Shown in pieces: positions 10,437 through 19,064 of a DNA stretch of 64,000 nucleotides. Made by a program: the position numbers and the translations under genes. Source of the stretch: an uncultured bacterium. Lineage in GTDB: Bacteria > Desulfobacterota > DSM-4660 > Desulfatiglandales > JALVMZ01. The notes under the pieces are model-generated. The model had not been told where the DNA came from. It made no database searches and was given only the letters and a program-made list of their open reading frames with translations. Location of the stretch: contig CBFDUE010000002.1 of the NCBI GenBank assembly GCA_965613025.1, positions 13,974 through 77,973 on the forward strand, given 5' to 3'. Every line of letters starts with the position of its first letter. The stretch's first letter is position 1.

Positions 10437-11501
10437 ATGACAGATATTATGTTCGGTCATGAATATATTGGAAACATTCATATACACACAATCAGAAGTG
10501 ATGGGGGGAAAGACATTGAAGAGATTGCAGGCATCGCCCAAGATATGGGGCTTGATTTTATCTGTATAACTGATCATGATTTTACCCAGACTACTCTCCC
10601 CCTAAAAAAAGAGGGATTTTACGGAGATATAGCTGTGCTGATCGGCCTTGAAATAGGTAAGGATGATCATCACTATCTTGCATTTGGTATAAAAGATCTC
10701 ATACGGTATGACAATTTAAGCCCTCAAGAGATTATTGATAAGGTTTATAATCAAGGGGGTTTTGGCTTTTTAGCCCATCCCTTTGAAAAGGGGATGCCAT
10801 TTTTTGAAAGATCAAAGGCATATATATGGAGAGATCTAAGAGTTAAAGGTTTTACAGGAATATGCATCTGGAATTTTATGTCAAGATGGAAAGAGAGAGT
10901 TAAATCGCCCATACACGGAATTGTGATGCTCTGTTTCAAACGTGAACTTTTAAAGGGGCCAAGTAAAAAGACCATGGAGTTTTATGATACATTATGCCTT
11001 AGCAGAAAGGTGGTGGCTATAGGAGGATCGGATGCACACGGAACTATCTTTAAATACGGGCCTTTTTCATTTACCCCCATCTCTTATGAGTTTTTGTTAA
11101 ATTCCATAAATATTCATATATTTTTAAATTCTCCTCTTCCAAGAGAATTTAAAGAGGCTAAGGAGCTGATCTATGACGCCATTAAAAAGGGAAGGCTATT
11201 TATTGCCCACGATGGCCTTAGCCCTTCCAAAAATTTTAGATTTGAATTTGTATCATTAAAGGGATCAGACCTATTTATGGGAGAAGAATCCTCCTTTGAA
11301 GAGGGCCATCTGCTTATCCAACTTCCCAGTGTGGGGCAGATCAGAATTATTAGAAATGGAAGGGTTGTGAGAATAATACATGGTATAGGAGGAATTCATC
11401 GTGTAACTGAAGAAGGGATTTATAGAGTGGAGGTGTATAAACATATCCCCATCTTTGGCTGGAGGCCTTGGATATTTTCAAACCCAATCTATTTAAGATA
11501 A
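10437..11501 (+). CDS. PHP-domain protein (second copy in the cluster)
   Basis: Motifs HIHTIRSDGG, CITDHD and GGSDAHG are present. The ATG at 10437 follows GGAGA and the permease stop. The ORF-track TTG at 10413 would overlap the permease. Confidence 0.7.
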   Translation: MTDIMFGHEYIGNIHIHTIRSDGGKDIEEIAGIAQDMGLDFICITDHDFTQTTLPLKKEGFYGDIAVLIGLEIGKDDHHYLAFGIKDLIRYDNLSPQEIIDKVYNQGGFGFLAHPFEKGMPFFERSKAYIWRDLRVKGFTGICIWNFMSRWKERVKSPIHGIVMLCFKRELLKGPSKKTMEFYDTLCLSRKVVAIGGSDAHGTIFKYGPFSFTPISYEFLLNSINIHIFLNSPLPREFKEAKELIYDAIKKGRLFIAHDGLSPSKNFRFEFVSLKGSDLFMGEESSFEEGHLLIQLPSVGQIRIIRNGRVVRIIHGIGGIHRVTEEGIYRVEVYKHIPIFGWRPWIFSNPIYLR

Positions 11502-11503
11502 TG

Positions 11504-12553
11504 TTAAACTACGACTATCTTTTCTGCCGGTTCTGAAACCACTTCACCTATGATAGTAGCATCCTGTATTCCGTTATTTTTTAGTTCCTGGATCAAAGAA
11601 AGAGAATGTCTTTCTGCAATACATATGAGCAGGCCTCCTGAGGTCTGTGGATCAAATAGAATTGGTTCAATTGATCTATCCACTTTAGATTGAATCTCTA
11701 CCATTGACTGGCGAAATTCGCGATTTCTGTATGTCCCTGCTGGGATAAGCCCCATCTTGGCATATTCAACTGCCTTAGGAATTATGGGCAATTTATCAGA
11801 GTAGATCTTAAACCCCAATTTGGACTCTTCAACCATCTCACACATATGGCCTAAGAGTCCAAATCCAGTGATATCAGTGCAGGCTGTCACCGGAAATCGG
11901 AGCATCACCTCAGAGGCCTTTCTATTAAGAGTGGCCATAAGTTGAGTTACATAATCAATTACGGATTGATCTGCAAGCCCCCCTTTTATAGCAGTGTTAA
12001 TTATTCCAGTTCCAAGAGGCTTTGTAAGGATCAGTTTATCTCCCAGTTTAAATCCATCCTTTCTTATTATACGCTCTGGATGTATAAAGCCAGTTACTGA
12101 TAGGCCATACTTAAGCTCTTTATCTTCCACACTGTGTCCTCCCACAAGTACCACTTCAGCCTCTTTCATCTTCTCAAGTCCCCCCTGTAAAACCTCCCTT
12201 AAAACAGAGATATCCATATCTTCCCTTGGAAATGCAACAAGATTCATGGCGGTCTTGGGGACTCCTCCCATTGCATAGATATCGCTCAAGGCATTGGCAG
12301 CAGCAATCTTTCCAAACCAATATGGATCATCCACAATGGGGGTAAAAAAATCTACGGTCTGGATAATGGCAAGTTCATCATTTATCTTATATACCCCAGC
12401 ATCATCTGCTCGTGCAAGACCCACGATCAGATTGGGGTCAGTAGGAAATTCCATTCCACACAAAGCTCTATCCAGATCCCCTGGAGGCAGTTTTGAAGCT
12501 CAACCTGAGCCTTTAACCGTTTCGGTCAAGCGAAGTCCTTCTTTAACTTTCAT
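11504..12553 (-). CDS. selD: Selenide, water dikinase, selenocysteine-containing (in-frame UGA at 12502..12500)
   Basis: The ORF track begins at 12463, but the frame continues upstream as MKVKEGLRLTETVKGSG-TGA-ASKLPPGDLDRALCGMEF. The UGA sits at the Cys17 position of the E. coli SelD glycine-rich loop (GAGCGCK). The remainder is a typical AIR-synthase-fold SelD. Confidence 0.85.
12461..12500 (-). promoter_or_regulatory. Candidate bacterial SECIS hairpin directly 3' of the selD UGA
   Basis: On the minus strand the outer stem is AGCUU/GAGCU. The inner stem is UCCAG-GGGAU-CUGGA (12485..12471). The structure begins at the UGA. Folded by eye only. Confidence 0.45.
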
Positions 12554-12560
12554 GAACTTC

Positions 12561-13670
12561 TTACTCCTTTTTATTATTTAAAATCTGATTCAGATCATGG
12601 ATAAGTTCTTCAATGTCAATATTATATCTCTTTGAGACATTTTCAAGAGGTTCAAAAAGTGCTTCACAGCATATGCATATACCTAATCTTTTATCATATT
12701 TTTTGAATATCTTCTCTGTCTCTCTGTATCTGGACACCACATCCAGAACGGTCATATCTGGTGTGATAGAGCGACGATCATTATTAATATTATCTGTATT
12801 CATAATACTTCTTTCGGATTCTAATATCTCCTTAAGAGCAATCGGTATATATTGAATAACTTCGGTTATCTTGGTTGCAGGGGTAGGTTTTGAAAGAAAA
12901 CCAGCAAGTCTATTTACTTTTGATGCAATTATTGCTGCATTTAATATCTCATAGCCTGCTGCTAATAGAGCTGATACAATACCTGTCAAGGTATCACCAG
13001 TGCCACCAATGGCCTCTAAGGCCTCTACATAAGGATAATCAATCTCTGCCTTAATTCCTTCCTCATCTGCAATATAGTCCTTTTTACCCTTTACCATAAG
13101 AATGCGTGAGGCATTTTTATGCCTATATGCACGAACTATCAGCTCAGGAACACTATTTTGTTCATGAAGGATAAATCCACGAGTATAGAATGGATGAGGA
13201 GCCTCTTCATCTGCAAGGAAGGCGAGCTCTCCTGCATCAGGTGTAAAAAGATCATAAGAGTTAGCCTGTCCACTCATTTTCGCCCCATACATAAACCCTG
13301 CATCAGCGATTAAAAGGGGTCTATGTCTCATTTCCTCAATGGAAAAGAGCACCTTGTTGTGCCAGTCAACATCTGGTTGAAGATAATGAAAAGTGATGCT
13401 ATTAAATTCTCTGTGTCTTAGATTATTGCTGAGATACTCATAGAGCCTTCTGCTCCCTTCGCCGGTTCCGATATCTCCGACCAAAAACACAGTAGGTCCT
13501 GAAATATCCAAGATTTCACATGCCTTTAAAGCAGCTGCAATGAGAGCAGATGTCCCTCTGCTAACAGGCACCTCCCTTCCTTCTATCAATACCATATTCT
13601 GCTTTAATTTAACCTTCCCTTCTATAAGAGGAAATCCATTATCAGGCACAGTTCCCACTATGGCAAACAT
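12561..13670 (-). CDS. YjeF_C/NnrD-like (ribokinase-fold) protein fused to a C-terminal DUF1858-like redox domain
   Basis: LIADAGFMY...LFTPDAGELAFL...ILMVKGKKDYIA...AIGGTGDTLTGIVSALLAAG parallels the NAD(P)HX dehydratase/carbohydrate kinase motifs. The C-terminal ITPDMTVLDVVSRY...LGICICCEALFEPLENVSKRYNIDIEELIHDLN resembles DUF1858. The family call is made from memory. Confidence 0.5.
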   Translation of the reverse strand: MFAIVGTVPDNGFPLIEGKVKLKQNMVLIEGREVPVSRGTSALIAAALKACEILDISGPTVFLVGDIGTGEGSRRLYEYLSNNLRHREFNSITFHYLQPDVDWHNKVLFSIEEMRHRPLLIADAGFMYGAKMSGQANSYDLFTPDAGELAFLADEEAPHPFYTRGFILHEQNSVPELIVRAYRHKNASRILMVKGKKDYIADEEGIKAEIDYPYVEALEAIGGTGDTLTGIVSALLAAGYEILNAAIIASKVNRLAGFLSKPTPATKITEVIQYIPIALKEILESERSIMNTDNINNDRRSITPDMTVLDVVSRYRETEKIFKKYDKRLGICICCEALFEPLENVSKRYNIDIEELIHDLNQILNNKKE

Positions 13671-14209
13671 CGTCTTTTCATCTCCTCAAAGGCAAGCTGA
13701 AGTGCATAACCGCAGAGGGTGTGTCCGAGTTCCCTTGGCTCTGGCACCTCCTTTATTGATTTTCCAACAAGCCTTTGTGCAAGATAAGGCACATCAGGGC
13801 AGCCTCCCCCTGATATATTAACAATGATAAGTGTATCTTTTTCAACAGTAAGTTTCATATTGGCAGCTCGCACCATCAGGAATTTTCCATAGTCCTTGGC
13901 ATGAAAAAGGTCAACCGGTTTTAGCAATGGGCTATTTTCAGGGACCACATCCATTGGAGTTATTCCTTCTTCTTCAAGAATTCTTAGTATATTTAATTCT
14001 TCAATAAGAGGAAATTCTATCACAAGATCACAACCTGAGCGTATCTCAGGAGGGGGGCCCATCACTCTGACCTTCCATCCTTTTTCTTTAAGAATATTCT
14101 CCGCCCTTATTACCTCACTTGTGTTATGAAATACAAGAATTCCCAAATCTGTCTTTAAAGATGCCTGATCCTTCTTTGTTTTACCTTTAAAAAGCTTTAA
14201 GATAGACAC
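13658..14209 (-). CDS. DUF3343 (putative Se/S carrier-like) domain protein with an extra C-terminal domain
   Basis: The N-terminal half LGILVFHNTSEVIRAENILKEKGWKVRVMGPPPEIRSGCDLVIEF fits the DUF3343 pattern. The C-terminal roughly 100 aa (GGGCP, terminal CLP) is unassigned. Confidence 0.55.
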   Translation of the reverse strand: MSILKLFKGKTKKDQASLKTDLGILVFHNTSEVIRAENILKEKGWKVRVMGPPPEIRSGCDLVIEFPLIEELNILRILEEEGITPMDVVPENSPLLKPVDLFHAKDYGKFLMVRAANMKLTVEKDTLIIVNISGGGCPDVPYLAQRLVGKSIKEVPEPRELGHTLCGYALQLAFEEMKRRCLP

Positions 14210-14215
14210 AAATCT

Positions 14216-14434
14216 TTAATCCTTTTCAATTATTATACGATATCCCTGGGCTTCAGCCTGTATATCTACCACTTTCCAACCCTGACTCTCCGCAGCACGG
14301 CTTACATTTTCCTTAGAGGTATCAGTATCAACCAGTATCTCTATCTGACCACTGTTGAGTTTCTTAATCTCATCCAGTGTCATAAGCACTGGTTGGGGGC
14401 AGCTAAGCCCTCTGGCATCTACCACATTTGCCAT
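14216..14434 (-). CDS. yedF: TusA/SirA-family sulfur/selenium carrier (YedF-like)
   Basis: It carries the CPxP motif DARGLSCPQPV. The ATG at 14434 is preceded by AGGAGGG. The ORF-track start at 14491 would overlap yedE. Confidence 0.8.
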   Translation of the reverse strand: MANVVDARGLSCPQPVLMTLDEIKKLNSGQIEILVDTDTSKENVSRAAESQGWKVVDIQAEAQGYRIIIEKD

Positions 14435-14451
14435 ACTAATTTCCCTCCTTT

Positions 14452-15543
14452 CTAAGCCTTTTTTCTCATTGTTATGCCAATAAATAGACATATCAAAAGG
14501 CCAATTATAACGGCAGCCATTCCATGAGGACCAATCCCCTTAGGTGAGCTTGCAAGCCCAAAATTATGAGAAAATCCGGCCCCCACTATCATACCTATAA
14601 CAAAGATTGCAGCATCTCCATCTCCTTCACCAGAAAGGAAGAGTTGCCTTCCTGGGCATCCTCCTGCCAATGCAAAGGCAAGTCCTGCAAGCGTCATTCC
14701 AGCAAAGTTCCATATGGTCATATTGTGTGCAACAGGCTGTTTTACAAAACCAGGGTGAAATTGCCCTAAGATTAGATTTGTAATAAATGCTACTGTAACA
14801 AAGGCAACCACTCCTGAAAAAAGGTGTGTCTGTCTAAACAGTATCAGATCCCTGAACGCACCCATTGTGCAAAAACGGCTTCTCTGTGCAATAAATCCTA
14901 TTATAAGACCAAAGATTAAAGATACCAATAAAGGTGCATGCATTGCCCCAGGACCTTTTACACTATAAAATAAAATCCCACTCTTTGTTTCACCATCAAC
15001 TGGAGGAAAGATGAAACGAAGAGCGAGAAATCCAAGCATTATTAATGGAAATAGCCATCCTACAGAGGTATATGTAGGTTGAGTGCGTCCCAGATTATAT
15101 CCTGCCTTAAAAAATAGTGTCCCAATCCATATGCCAAAGACAAGTCCTAATAGGCCGAATATGGCATTACCATCACCGCCAGCAAGTCTTAGCAGTGCTC
15201 TCCAGGGGCACCCCAAGAAGACCAGGGCACCGATCATGGCAAAGACCCCAAGGATAAACCTCACTATAGGAGCAGACCCTACTCTTGGTCTAAATTCCTT
15301 AAAGACATATGCTGCAATTAGAGAGCCAAGCACAAATCCGATAATTTCAGGTCTCATATACTGAACAACACCTGCACGATGAAGCCCGATGGCTCCTGCA
15401 ATATCCCTTTCAAAACATGCAACACAGATTCCCATATTTGGAGGATTTCCAAGTTTCTGCAATAGTGGTGCCAGTATCCCAATAATAGCTCCAACCCCAA
15501 TTATTCCCCATTTAGTTGCAAAGATGTTACCTATCCGTTTCAT
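14452..15543 (-). CDS. yedE: YedE/FdhT-family putative selenium/sulfur transporter
   Basis: A polytopic membrane protein with the conserved GICVACFERD Cys motif and its repeat half (RSRFCTMGAFRD). The ATG at 15543 is preceded by GGGAGG. Confidence 0.8.
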   Translation of the reverse strand: MKRIGNIFATKWGIIGVGAIIGILAPLLQKLGNPPNMGICVACFERDIAGAIGLHRAGVVQYMRPEIIGFVLGSLIAAYVFKEFRPRVGSAPIVRFILGVFAMIGALVFLGCPWRALLRLAGGDGNAIFGLLGLVFGIWIGTLFFKAGYNLGRTQPTYTSVGWLFPLIMLGFLALRFIFPPVDGETKSGILFYSVKGPGAMHAPLLVSLIFGLIIGFIAQRSRFCTMGAFRDLILFRQTHLFSGVVAFVTVAFITNLILGQFHPGFVKQPVAHNMTIWNFAGMTLAGLAFALAGGCPGRQLFLSGEGDGDAAIFVIGMIVGAGFSHNFGLASSPKGIGPHGMAAVIIGLLICLFIGITMRKKA

Positions 15544-15613
15544 AAGAACCTCCCAACCCATTAAATATTTAAACTTTATCTGCCAATTGCATAGAGATTA
15601 CAATATCCAGCAT

Positions 15614-15733
15614 GAGACCTTTGCATAACCCCCTTTTACACTGGGGGTTATACCCCCAGATCCCCAAAGATTTACTGAAAATAACCCATAATTACAGCAT
15701 TTTTCTGAGAGCTTTGAAAAATTCAAAGCTCTC
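15614..15733 (+). mobile_element. MITE-like intergenic repeat, copy 1 (orientation A)
   Basis: 120 bp. The left end is GAGACCTTTG and the right end is the hairpin GAGAGCTTTGAA-AAA-TTCAAAGCTCTC. An internal TGGGGGT-TAT-ACCCCCA hairpin is present. It is flanked by direct CAGCAT (15608-15613) and CAGCAT (15734-15739). Confidence 0.8.
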
Positions 15734-15965
15734 CAGCATATTAGTCGTTTCTCCTACCTGCTTTGCTTTTTATCTAAAAGATTAATATGGTTTGAACTTA
15801 TTATCTCTAAAACCGATTTGTCAAATAGGAAATTTCTATAGTTTTTTGGATCTCTATAGGCAATTTCTTTAAAAATGAAGATTAGGGATTTACATGGCTG
15901 GGATCCTATTAATCATTTTTACAAAAATGATCATTTATGGTAATTGCGCCTCCATATCCTTTCTC

Positions 15966-17045
15966 TCATGGCAGTTCGGGAGGGTATTGTTTTATCTTTT
16001 CCGCACCTTTTAAGACGGCAAGCCCGCCGTATGCCAAGGCCTCCAGTTCGTCTTCGCCTGGAAACACCAGAACATTTCCAAGAAAACCCACCCGTTCCTT
16101 GATTTCTTCAACAATGGTCTCAGAGCGTGCAAGATTGCCTGTGAGAACCACTGCATCTATCTTCCCCTTCAATACAGTGGCCATAGAACCTATATCCTTG
16201 CTTACTTGGTAAGCCAAGGCCTGGAGCACCATACGGGCATTTTGCTCCCCCCTTTTGGCCCTTTGTTCCACTTCCACCATATTATGGGTCCCTAAATAAG
16301 AGGATACCCCTCCTTGAGTAAATAGCTTGCTTTGCACTTCCTTATGAGTGAATTGTCCTGAAAAACAGAGTTCCAAAACATCAAGCAGGGGCAGAGAGCC
16401 TGTCCGCTGGGGTGTAAACGGCCCTTCGCTTAGCCCGTGAGATCCATCTATGATTCTACCCTCGCGGTAGGCAACTATGGTGATTCCCCCGCCAAGGTGG
16501 GCTATCACAAAACGGGCCTTCTTATAATCTATATTGAGTCGAATGGCAGCACGTCGTGCAGCAGATTTCTGGTTCAGCACATGAAAGGCGGCCCTTCTTT
16601 CAATCCCCTTTAGTCCCGAAAACCTGGCAATATCATCCATTTCATCCGTGGAAGGGGAATCATAAATAATGGCCTCTGTTTTATGGCGCCGGGCTATTTC
16701 AAGGGCCAGCTCTGGCCCAACATTGGAAGGATGCCAGCCATACTTACAGGATCGGAGATCCTGAACCATAATTTCATTGATCAGGTATGCGCCGCTTTCC
16801 ACAGGCCGGGTCAGAGCACCTCTGCTTACAACAAGGTGCAAGGGGGCCAGTTTCATTTTGTGTTGAGTCAAGACCCCTTCTAAGGTCTTACGATGCAGTT
16901 CCATCCATGCCTCATAGGTATCCATGCCCCGGAGTCTTTCTGGACTATGGTTATGGTCCTCACGAAAGATCTGTTTTTCTCCCTCAAATAGTCCCACCTT
17001 AGTGGAAGTGGAGCCAATATTTATGACAAGAATTCGATTCATCAT
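15966..17045 (-). CDS. buk: Butyrate kinase
   Basis: The N-terminus MMNRILVINIGSTSTKVGLF and overall ASKHA-fold Buk similarity support the call. The start overlaps the upstream stop (ATGA). Confidence 0.85.
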   Translation of the reverse strand: MMNRILVINIGSTSTKVGLFEGEKQIFREDHNHSPERLRGMDTYEAWMELHRKTLEGVLTQHKMKLAPLHLVVSRGALTRPVESGAYLINEIMVQDLRSCKYGWHPSNVGPELALEIARRHKTEAIIYDSPSTDEMDDIARFSGLKGIERRAAFHVLNQKSAARRAAIRLNIDYKKARFVIAHLGGGITIVAYREGRIIDGSHGLSEGPFTPQRTGSLPLLDVLELCFSGQFTHKEVQSKLFTQGGVSSYLGTHNMVEVEQRAKRGEQNARMVLQALAYQVSKDIGSMATVLKGKIDAVVLTGNLARSETIVEEIKERVGFLGNVLVFPGEDELEALAYGGLAVLKGAEKIKQYPPELP

Positions 17046-17923
17046 ATTCTTTTTCCCTGCAAAAGCCCCAATACAATATTATGTAGCCACGATTCTGGGG
17101 AGTCCGCAGGTGAATGTATAATTACAGGTGCCTTTGTTCCTGCCACAACACCTGCCACCTCAAACGGCCCCAGGCATCTCACAAACTGGGTGCTCAAAAG
17201 GGCAGAATCCAGATCAGGAAACAAGTAGATATCCACATCTCCAGGCACCGGGCTTTTAATACCCTTATAATAGGCAGCTTCGGCCGATTCTGCGTTGTCC
17301 ATGGCCAATGGGCCTTCCACAATGACATCGCCCAGTTGGCCCCTCTCTGCCATTTTGGAAAGCGCAGCCGCATCCACAGTAGAGGGAATGGCAGGATTGA
17401 CTATCTCAATAGGGCCAAGGGCAGCCACCTTTGGGTGCTCTATGCCAAGGGTCTCGGCAACACTGGCCGCATTTTGTATGATCCCCGCCTTTTCCTTCAG
17501 GCTGGGTAAGCTATGGATCAGGGTATCAGTGAACAATGTGAGTCGGCCGTCTCTGATAGAACGAAAGACGCTTACATAGCTGATCACCCTGGTTCCATTG
17601 TCTGTGGCAGTAAGATGATCCAGAAATGAGAGTAGATCTCTGTCCAATGTGCCCGTATCCAGAATTGCCTCCACCTTACCGCTTTCCAACAATTCCAAGG
17701 CCACATCTCTTGCCTCTCTTATGCCCGCATTAGGTAAAAGGAGGTCTATCTGGGGGTGCAATCCTACTAAAGGTTGTCCACAGGCAACAGGATCAATCCA
17801 GCCGTGATCACGCGCTATCAGGATTGCCTTAAATGCAGCAGAATCGCCACCTCCTGTTATGGCCACTCTTCTTCTTTTAAAGGATTTTGCAAGCTCAAGA
17901 ATCGTGTTAAGACTTACATCCAT
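17042..17923 (-). CDS. Phosphate acetyl/butyryl-transferase family protein (divergent paralog)
   Basis: 293 aa with PTA_PTB-like similarity, for example PKVAALGPIEIVNP and LAMDNAESAEAA. Confidence 0.6.
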   Translation of the reverse strand: MDVSLNTILELAKSFKRRRVAITGGGDSAAFKAILIARDHGWIDPVACGQPLVGLHPQIDLLLPNAGIREARDVALELLESGKVEAILDTGTLDRDLLSFLDHLTATDNGTRVISYVSVFRSIRDGRLTLFTDTLIHSLPSLKEKAGIIQNAASVAETLGIEHPKVAALGPIEIVNPAIPSTVDAAALSKMAERGQLGDVIVEGPLAMDNAESAEAAYYKGIKSPVPGDVDIYLFPDLDSALLSTQFVRCLGPFEVAGVVAGTKAPVIIHSPADSPESWLHNIVLGLLQGKRI

Positions 17924-17931
17924 ACCTGCTT

Positions 17932-18837
17932 TTACCTCCTACCAGCAGTTGCCAGAACAAGGCCAAGGGCAAGGTTTTTGATGCGCACCTCGTAGCCGTC
18001 CGAACGTGATGGGGTAAGGATAATCATGCCCCCACCAACAGTAACACATTGCCGTATGCCGGCCATAATGTGGTCAATCGTCTTGACCAGAATGTTGCCC
18101 GCATTAATGTGAGGCACGAGAAAGATGTCAGGAAACGTTTCAGGGTTGAGACCGTCACCCTTGGCCAGTTCCAGTAGGTCTGTATAGGGCAGGAACTCAC
18201 ATGGCCCGAATTTACCTGCAGCCGCACCCTGTCTCAGTATGCGTGCTTCTTCCAGGGCTTGGGAAGATTCCTCTCGAAGATGCTTAGCGGCAAGTACCAT
18301 CACACGGGGAGATGCATAGCCCAAGGATCGAAATACCTGTATAGCGTTGGTCAAGATTTTTTCCTTGGAAGTCAGATCAGGCGTAATGTTTAAGCCAGGA
18401 TCTGTAATTGCAAAGATCTTTTTGATAGCAGGGAGGTAATGAAAGCAGATAGCGCATGGGGTCTGTTCAGGGGCCAGGCGTTTCGTAACACGGATCAGAG
18501 AGCGAAAGAGGTAGGCGGTGAGTATGTTTCCTTTTACGGCAAAGCTCACTTCATTATTTACCATCATATCAAGGCATAGATCAGCCGCTTCTTGGGGGTC
18601 AACCCTCTGGATCATCTCCATGTTACTAATGGGTATTCCACTCTGTTGAGCTAAGGAAATGATACGCTCCCTATCACCAACAAGCACCGGAGCAATGAGA
18701 CCCTCTCTCATGCCATCCATCACAGCATGGAGCACATCTGTATTATAAGGAAATAGGATAGCAGCTCTTTTAGCACCGATCTCTTTTGCCCGATTCATAA
18801 TCTCATCAAATGTTCTTATCATCTCCTCTCTCTCCAC
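17932..18837 (-). CDS. ptb: Phosphate butyryltransferase
   Basis: 301 aa with typical Ptb layout: FDEIMNRAKE...AAILFPYN...GLIAPVLVGD...PRVMVLAA...NAGNILVK. Confidence 0.8.
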   Translation of the reverse strand: MEREEMIRTFDEIMNRAKEIGAKRAAILFPYNTDVLHAVMDGMREGLIAPVLVGDRERIISLAQQSGIPISNMEMIQRVDPQEAADLCLDMMVNNEVSFAVKGNILTAYLFRSLIRVTKRLAPEQTPCAICFHYLPAIKKIFAITDPGLNITPDLTSKEKILTNAIQVFRSLGYASPRVMVLAAKHLREESSQALEEARILRQGAAAGKFGPCEFLPYTDLLELAKGDGLNPETFPDIFLVPHINAGNILVKTIDHIMAGIRQCVTVGGGMIILTPSRSDGYEVRIKNLALGLVLATAGRR

Positions 18838-19064
18838 TTTTTTCGCAGATCTCTTCCATATATCTTTTGTATGAGATCCATCTTGTTGCCCATGTCCAGA
18901 ATCTTGCCCACATCCATATGCGAGAAGAGCCAGTTGAGTTTGAGCTCGTAAAACTCCTGATGATGAGATTGTTTGCTGTGTTTCCCCCCTCTGAAAAACC
19001 TCCTGTCACAATAACCAAAATTGCTAAAGATTCAGGCCAGAAAAATCTATGCAATGTATATTCT

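Noticed and set aside
14435-14491. Longer yedF start overlapping yedE
   Set aside because: The internal ATG 14434 has a strong AGGAGGG SD and gives the usual TusA-family length of about 72 aa. The extension has no similarity to that family.
15544-15613. Sigma-54 promoter upstream of yedE (minus strand TTGGCAGATAAAGTTTAAA)
   Set aside because: A -24-like TGGCA is present, but the -12 position reads TTTA rather than TTGC. It is not convincing.
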